A DNA stretch of 64,000 nt. Origin: Tubiluchus corallicola (Eukaryota; Animalia; Priapulida). A program made the position numbers and the translations under genes. The notes under the pieces were generated by a model. That model saw only the letters and a list, made by a program, of their open reading frames with translations. It searched no databases and was not told the origin of the DNA. How positions within the stretch are numbered: the stretch's first letter is position 1; the number at the start of each line of letters is the position of its first letter. The stretch spans positions 186,001 to 250,000 of the forward strand of contig JAQGDQ010000097.1 of NCBI GenBank assembly GCA_030141605.1, read 5' to 3'. Shown here piece after piece: positions 56,249 to 64,000 of this stretch.

Positions 56249-59200
56249 GAGAGACAGAGAGTCAGAAGCCTTTAATTGGCGAGGGATTAATTAATCAGAT
56301 TAATTACTTAATCACAATGATTAATCAGGAACAGTGATGTCAGGCGTATACCACGGAGTCTTTCTTTGTCCAAATTGGCTAAAAATGCCAAGAAATCCGA
56401 TAACGATTAATAAAATGCTAGCAGATTTCTTTACCTTCAGGTAGAAGTTCTGATGGCCAGGCTTCAAATACATAGTCGAACGAATATATCCAATTTGACA
56501 AGCTGTTATTTGTGTGGTACTGAGCTTCTAGATCCATGGGCGCCATGATACCAACATGTGAAACTGCCTAAAGAAACAAAGAGACTCTTGTTGTTAAAAA
56601 ATCGCCAGAATTACGTTTTTGCCATTATTTTTTATAGTTTTATTTAGTTCTGAATTCTCCTTTAATTCGTTCAGCTTAGGTCAACTCTATACAACATCTG
56701 CGGGTCCTAAAACCACATAGCTGCATTTTCTCCCAGCAGATGTCACGTGCTGTACAATAATTATTATTATTATTATATAATTTCTGTACATTTGCCCACT
56801 AATTCCTCTCAGCGCTACCAAGATTATTATAAATGTTATTACAATATCAGACCTACTGTGACCATCTGACGCATGACAGTTTAGTAACACAATAGTTTTT
56901 GCCCCGGCATAACTTTGTTACTTAATTTTCACATGTGGTACTTGATGGATAAATAAATGCATTATATTAATGTAACAAAAAAGACAAAAACGAGTTGTAG
57001 TGGAATTTGGAGAACTAGCAGCTTAAAACTTGGCAAATGTATCGGCTAACTTTTTAATGTTTTTAATTCCCGTCTTCGTTACTTTTTGGTGGCTTTCATC
57101 CTTCTGTACAGTGATAATGACGCCCTTGAAAGAGCACCATGCATGCCACCACTATCCAATTAATGTGAAATATGTCACCAAAATGAAATAGGTACACATT
57201 GTGCGTACAAGTGTTTTTATATAAATGTAAGGTTTTATATACATATACTACATACACGGCCATATGTTTTCAAAAAGTGTACCACACATCTCACATTTAG
57301 TATACACTGGAACTACGTGGTATTACTTGTACAAAAATCTTTTAATCCATCTAGGAAGAAGATAGTCGTAATAACGTCTTAAAAAGGGTGGGCCTATTAC
57401 TTTTTCTAGAATAGCACACGTTGTAGCCTACTCACGTCAGCGCCCGACCAGAATGCTAGATTGTCATTCCACGGATCGCTCCAATCCACATATTCCATAA
57501 GGACTGAATCGTAAAGAGCTCCACTTGGATCTTCGAATCCACCCTCGTGCAGAAGTGTGGGAATAACGTGCGTCCTAAGTGTTTCTGCGTTAATGTCTTC
57601 AATAGCAATTCCAGCATATCCAGCTGTAAAAGACAAAACATTTCTTCTGTCTGTGTTTTATTGGAGAGAATGATAATGTAGACTTGATTAAACTAAACTA
57701 CCAAGTAACGAAATAAATGCTTCTGTTTTGAGTTAGCAGGTCATTTAATAAAACATATTTTGTTCTTTTGCATGTTCGCCATTTCTCTCTCTCTCTCTCT
57801 NNNNNNNNNNNNNNNNNNNNNNNNNNNNNNNNNNTCTCTCTCTCTCTCTCTCATCGAGTTAAGCAGCCAAAACCAAGGTGAATGAAATTGGCCAGACCGA
57901 GAGTTCAGTGGTAAAGTCACCCATCCACCTACTAACTAGGTTTGGCGTTGGCTTAAATTCGGTTGCTAAGTTTAGCATTCATCGGCTATTCAGCTTTCCG
58001 CTTAGTGCAGAGAGCCGTTGCGAACATTGATTATATTATATTAGTACTTTATTTTCTCCATAAATTTACATTTAACAATAAAATATACAAAAAGACAAAT
58101 GGCCAAAGGAGAAAGGGTGATGAAAACCAAAGGAACATATAAACAAAAAAACATGACTTACGCATCAGACTAACTCCTTCGTCTTTGGTGGTTCCTGATA
58201 TAAATGGACGCTTGGGATAATTCCCTGCGGCAAGCAAGTTCCACGGTTTGTCAGGTAAGAATCCATCCGGACCATCGAGAACTGGAGCAAACGGTATCAC
58301 CCAGTCACTTTGCTAAAGCAGAGTAAAACGAAATCATTACAGTAAGATAAAAGCTATACAAGATTAAAAAAACACCGAATAATGAGAACTATAATAAATA
58401 CGAACTTAAAACTATTTAATTTAGTAGCACAAATTTTCGATATATATTTATTGAACATATTTTATTAGAATATCTACTGTGATGTTACATTTTTCGGAAC
58501 TTTTTTTCTTATATTACCTAAGATTGTCAACTGGATATGGCAGTTACAATCTTTTATACTGATGCTAAAACAGTATAAAAACTTCGTCGTTTGATCAGAG
58601 TATTTGACTAACCAACATCATATAACAATCTGATAAAACAGTAACGGTTTCTGTAATTAAGACTGGGCAGGCTAGCAAATGAAATATTACTGTTACTGTT
58701 AATAGGTTGCGTTTTTTACAGAAAAATTCCAGGTTATCTATTCTATATTGTAGAGAAAATGTCTACTGAACTCAAATCAAATGCAAACTGAACAAAACCA
58801 TCAGCGTCATATGCCCATTAAGCCTATTGTAGACATTGGGCTGGCAGAATTGTAAAATAAAAGAAATCTCCCCTCAAGACAGGTAAATACTGCAGTAATC
58901 CAGGAAAAAAGTAGACACTGCTATGCCAGTGGCTTGTCAGCACCACGTCCGAGCATGAATGAATATGATGTAGTTCAAATAATAAATGCCGCACTAAACT
59001 AAGAAAAAAGAATGTACACGTTCGTGAATATTTACTTTAGCCTTTTTATTGCAGTACAGAGTTCTTTTTTGCAAATTCAGAAACATGTGTGAAATTACAA
59101 TTGACGCAGAATACGTAGATTACTGGCTGCGATATCTATAAAAAGTATCATTTTCCCCAACTGTAATCCAATGTTTAGGATGTACATACATGTCGGCAGG

Positions 59201-62200
59201 CGATGCGTCTGAGTCTTCCATGACAGATACGGATATGTGACTCAAAAATACCGTTTAAAGCCTCTGAATCTGTATAGTTCTCTTACTGTCTGCTATGATT
59301 CAGGAAAAGTAATTGAGAATAAGAGTACACTCCAAAGTGAAATTATTAAAGTAATTTGGGGCTCGATCGGACCCAATTGGGCACTTGTCTGTAGGGTTAA
59401 GGTTAAAGAAGGAGAGCAAGTAAGTTTTAGCAAATCATAGAAAGGTTTGTGCATGGATATTCGCGGAAACTACAAGAAAATTTGAAAATCGTTAACATTT
59501 CGTACTTTCTGAATGTATGTCAAGCAGTGGCTCTAAAATTCGTAAATGTTCCAAGACATTTTTATTGACAATGCTCAATCAGCTTTGAAATTTTGCAAAG
59601 CGGTACCAAAAATTTGTTATAAGGTTGACGCGTCGGAAAGCCATAAAGGCAGTTAGATAAATACGTAGGTAGGTAGGCAGGTAGCTAGGAAGGTAGGTAA
59701 GTAAGTAGGTATGTAGGTAGGCAGGTAGATAGGTAGGTAAATAGGTGGGTGGATAGGTATGTATGTATGTATGTATGTATGTATGTATGTATGTATGTAT
59801 GTATGTATGTAGGTAGGTAGGTAGGTAGGTAGGTAGGTAGGTAGGTAGGTAGGTAGGTAGGTAGGTAAGCAGGTAAGTAGGTAGGCTTTAATTTTGCTAT
59901 TTAAAATCTTACATATACAAAGTAAAAAGTAAAAGTACAAATGTATGTAAGAAATATAAGCAGCGTACAGGAGGCAGCATACGAGTCAGTCTCACAAAAA
60001 ATTTGTGGAACAGATTGAATCTTGCTATAGAGTCATCTAGAACTTTAGTAACATAATATTTGCAAATGATGATAACAGAAAGACAATGAAATGGGAAAGG
60101 CATTTCCTCAATTATTAATTATCTAATGGGACATATTCTAATTACCTTTATTGATACAGTTACGATCTCATACGGATCCTTGGTACGCAAGCAGTCGATC
60201 ATTGCTGTTGTATCTTCGCTGTCTTCTGGAGCACAATCCAAGGCCTCCGCCAATCGCACGGCAAACTTTCTGGGCGACGGGTTGTAGGCCCAGATCGAGG
60301 CCGAGCTGCCACTCTGCGATAAAGCCTGATGAAATAGTCCTTCCGTCAGCGGACTGATCATGTGTAGCGAGCAGGAGGCGGCACCGGCACTTTGTCCAAA
60401 TATTGTAACGCGATCCGGATCGCCTTTGAAATTAGCAATGTGTTCCTGCACCCACCGCATAGACTCCATTTGGTCATACAAGCCATAGTTACCCAACGCA
60501 GCTTCGTCTGATGTACTGAGGAAGCCTGAAAAATATTAATGCGAAAAGTTGATTCATAAGACATCCCCTAGTATGGACAGTGCTGGACACCCCCCTCCCC
60601 GATTACCCGATATCACAGTTGTGCAATATTACAATAGAACTGTTACCATAGAACATTAGTTAAAGTCTAGTCAGTATAGAATAATTCAAAATTTTACCTC
60701 AGTCGACTTTTGGTGCAGTCCAAATACTGCATTTTCCACGAAGTTACTTAAGGCAGGTTTACTTAAAGGAAAAGACGAGTCACTTTATTTTACTGTTATC
60801 ACTTAAACTTAGACAAATTTAATAAAGAAATTTACAAAAATGTCTGTAAAGCGTGAAGTTAATTTCTGCTTCCGCTGTCTAGAAATTTCAGGCGCTCTGG
60901 CAGCCACCGTTCATTTTAAAAATTATAACTTAACTGGTGTACTTTCTGTTTTCGTATGTGCAACGTGGCTTTCCGTAAAAGCGGGCTGCTTAAACTAATT
61001 CAAACTTCTGCAGCTTAACTGCAAAAATATCGCACAATCGTCTATATAATTTTTTGTAAAAACTTATTATAGTTTAACGACAATTAACAGTGCGCAACTT
61101 TTCTTTAGTCGATACACGACGTCATTGATGGATGGAAAATGGATTCTAAATGGGAACGCAGAAGCTGTGAAATGATCGTGACTTTAGGATGATTTTACTA
61201 TTTACATGAGGTGCTTATCGTACCTCTGTTACTAAATTCTAACATTTTTCGTGGACATTTAAATAAGCCTAACTTCCCAAAAGGCCTGGCTTTCCTTTAA
61301 TGTAAGCAACCCATTCCAATTCACTATCAACGTTAATTCTCGAAGATGAGACCCTGAATTCTCAGATGTAAAGTAACACAATGAAAGTTTTACGTTCTGA
61401 TATTTTAAATATGTAGTTCCGAAATCGGTGTATGACGCTGTTTTTGCCTGGTATTTTAAAGTTCTTATCCATCAAGAATTTGGTCACCAAGCACATTTGG
61501 TAGGCACTCACAAGTTACAGCCAAAGAAAAAGAAAAAATTTAATGAACCACTCAATAAATATGTTTATAAAAACAAATAATATTTTGAAAAACAAGAAAT
61601 CGAGTGAACCACTCAATAAATTTGTTCATAAAAACAAATGACTATTTGAAAAACAAAAAACCGAGTGAACCACCAATAAATATGTTTATAAAAACAAATA
61701 ACCGTTTGAAAAATAAGAAACTGAATAAACCACTCACCCATTCGACCAAGACGGTAGTTAACAGTGACAAGAATTACGCCATGTTTAACAAGTTCCATTC
61801 CTTCATATATGGGGTTACCTCCCCAGTCCCACTCGAAGCTTCCTCCATGGAAATAAATCATGACAGCATAAGGTCCCGTATTATTTACATTTAACTGCAA
61901 AATAAGAAAAGTGTCCGAATTGGTAAGTGATAGCACAGTAGTCATTTTGACAGCGCAATGTGGATACAATGTGAGTATAGCATCACTGTCAAATCCATGT
62001 TTTTAACCAAAGTTAGTGAATGCCTGTGCTACTATGGCGACGCTCAGCGCCGAATTTCAATGTTTAATTTTTGTTTCAAAAATAGTTTGGCCAAAATTCG
62101 CGAATAAAAATCTTAATTGTTTCTTTTGCTCTGCTCTTTCACTTGTGCCCATTTTATAACTTAGTAAGTAAACGTTAATTTCGTACTCCCGAGTGGTAGT

Positions 62201-62882
62201 AGTTCTATCGCAGAATCACAGCGTCTAATGGCAACCTACGCTTATGATTATGCAGCATTTGACACGAAATCATTGTAATGAAATATTTTTGCAATAATGA
62301 GGCTAATAAGGCTTAATTAAAGCAGTGTAGTAGCGGCAACGCTGAAAACTCACTCCTTTTAAGATTCCTATGAGTGCCGTGGTAAGTTCGAACAGAAAAA
62401 GAGTAGCAACAATTTTATTTTTCAAGGGGACGGACAAGAACTTCTGTTTGTGAAATACTGCGCAGCCTATTCACATTGAAAAAGCTCATTTGATTTGACA
62501 AACCGTTGAATCAGTTGAACTGTTAATAGAGCAAATCTTTATTATCTTGTTACTTTCTTCAACTTTATAATTACTTTCCTCATCTTAATCGCTGATCGGG
62601 TTGACTTAATGAATGTGCCTTGAATTTAGTAAAAACCTGTTTGGTTGGCAATGAGGGTAACAAGTAATTAACTGTATACTTTCTGTAAAAAAACGCCCAC
62701 TAATTATACAAGCATAAAATTTAGCATCTTACGTCAGGCGTGTGAACATTCAAGAACAAGCAGTCCTCATCTTGTTTATGGATATCGCTGACTGTTCGGT
62801 TGTATGCATCGCTCTGCCAGCAAGCAGCGCCCTTCTTCGTACAGTCCAAGATACCATTCCAACCCTGGTGTGCTCCTACAAT
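53379..62882 (-). CDS. Type-B carboxylesterase/cholinesterase-family protein B, with Thr/Glu-rich stalk and C-terminal transmembrane helix; exon 1 not found (probably beyond the window end)
   Basis: Exons 62882-62733, 61894-61738, 60525-60146, 58312-58162, 57623-57436, 56567-56435, 56028-55854, 54584-54423, 53652-53379, with the same intron positions and phases as gene A. Motifs DEDCLFLNV, YFHGGSF, FGQSAG, TKDEG, AHSFDL, WTNFAKHGDP. TM segment LWPVIWTLVGIGGALFLICTIMALTFCVFA. Confidence 0.92.
57801..57834. other. Assembly gap inside a (CT)n microsatellite
   Basis: 34 N characters flanked by CT repeats. Confidence 0.99.
57893..57965 (-). pseudogene. 5S rRNA-derived fragment (internal control region), probably part of a repeat
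   Basis: The minus strand CCGAATTTAAGCCAACGCCAAACCTAGTTAGTAGGTGGATGGGTGAC aligns by eye with invertebrate 5S CCGAAGTTAAGCAACGTCGAGCCCGGTTAGTACTTGGATGGGTGAC. The 5' half of 5S is absent. Confidence 0.6.
59664..59885. repeat. (GTAG)n/(GTAT)n microsatellite
   Basis: Directly visible. Confidence 0.95.
61544..61737. repeat. Tandem repeat of about 61 nt (3 units plus a partial) abutting the exon 3 donor of esterase B
   Basis: TGAACCACTCAATAAA at 61544 and 61605, TGAACCACCAATAAA at 61666, TAAACCACTCAC at 61726. Confidence 0.9.
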
Positions 62883-63059
62883 CTATCAGTAACAATGACG
62901 TTAATTATCACTAGATCTAGACACTTCGTTTAACCTAACAATGATTAGGAATAGTGGCTCACTGAAGTCCTAATCCCAAAAATTACAGGTATGTACACAT
63001 TCGTTGAGCCACACACGTTGGAAATTAACGAACTACCATCCATTACGTCAACATAAAAT

Positions 63060-63185
63060 GCAACGACAACGACGACAACAACTATGGCGACGCCGAAGAC
63101 AGCGGCATGTGCAACGGCAACGGCAGCAGCAACAGCAACAGCAGCAGCAGTAACAACAACAACAGCAGCAACAGCAACAGCATTA
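63060..63185. repeat. (GCA/ACA)n degenerate trinucleotide tract
   Basis: Directly visible. Confidence 0.85.
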
Positions 63186-64000
63186 TGACTTTCAAACAAT
63201 ACTTCCTGTATTTGAAGTCCGATTTGATATACAACAGGTTTGTAGGGCTTTGTGAAGTGACGAATTTTACTAGAGTTACTGAATAGTAGAATTAAATCAT
63301 TGTGTAAATCAAATTATCAATTAGTAACCGTAGGGTTTTACTATAGATTTATCATACTTTTCATTTTGTGTAATTAAGGCTTGTGTAAAACTAAAGTACT
63401 AATTTTCTTAATCTGATCTTAGAAAAGCGAACTAGTCAGCCCATAAAAATGCAATAACTGATTGTTATCACTTGCAAAACCTACTAGAACAAACTTAACG
63501 TTATTAGTTAAGTTTTAAGTGCTATTAGCAATCTGCTTAAAATGAAAACGTAAAAAAGATAAAATCATGTTATGTTTTTGTCCTTTTGGTTATATTGCAA
63601 CGTTAACAGCGGCCAAAAGGTCCAAGATTAAAGTCTGGATTGATGTGATCTTCAATCGTTACAAAACGATTCCAAAAACGTCAAAATAAACAGAAATCTG
63701 AAGGAATAACGTGCCAGAATTTTTTCTAGTTCCATCCATACTGCCTGTTTTGCGGAACAGGTGCTTGGATGGAAAGCGCACTTCTCCACGCTGCTGCTGA
63801 ATCAATCGGAAGCATTACATGCCGGCCTACTTTATAGCTGCCGCAATGCATTGCAGCATGGGAAACGGGTATCTTAAAACCTGGCTTCGGTGCAATTCAT
63901 ACCTGGAATGTGAAAGTATCTGAACAGTGATCGAAGCTCGTCTTTCGGCTTTCACCTTGTTGTTTTTCGTTTGGTCTCTGCTTTTAATTTATCGTATTCT

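Noticed and set aside
61544-61737. Regularly spaced repeats resembling a CRISPR array
   Set aside because: The intervening sequences are also homologous (a true tandem repeat), the context is a eukaryotic intron and there are no cas genes.
40368-62882. Naming the esterases as acetylcholinesterase or neuroligin orthologues
   Set aside because: The AChE choline-binding Trp segment (WNPN) before SEDCL is absent, and neuroligins lack the nucleophile Ser that is present here. Orthology needs a phylogeny.

Overview
AT-rich, intron-rich metazoan (probably non-arthropod invertebrate) genomic DNA with one short N gap. I rebuilt the genes by hand from GT-AG boundaries, phase continuity and family motifs. 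The window holds a compact cluster of extracellular hydrolase-fold genes. (1) Two tandem + strand M13 (neprilysin/ECE-like) genes; the first is 5'-truncated by the window edge, the second is complete (14 coding exons, 749 aa, type II anchor). Both have intact reading frames, yet both have lost the HExxH zinc motif and the other catalytic residues, so they look like pseudopeptidases. (2) A frameshifted orphan copy of carboxylesterase exon 1. (3) A 7-exon S1A serine protease (- strand) with a complete triad and a Thr189/Ser216/Asp226 pocket. (4) Two tandem type-B carboxylesterase genes (- strand) with complete Ser-Glu-His triads and a C-terminal type I transmembrane helix. Introns and spacers carry fold-back MITEs, LINE relics (CR1/L2, RTE), SINE-like and 5S-derived fragments and many microsatellites. 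Most short ORFs in the supplied track are repeat or intron noise. No CRISPR array or prokaryotic system is present. All functional statements are inferences from motifs; no searches were run.
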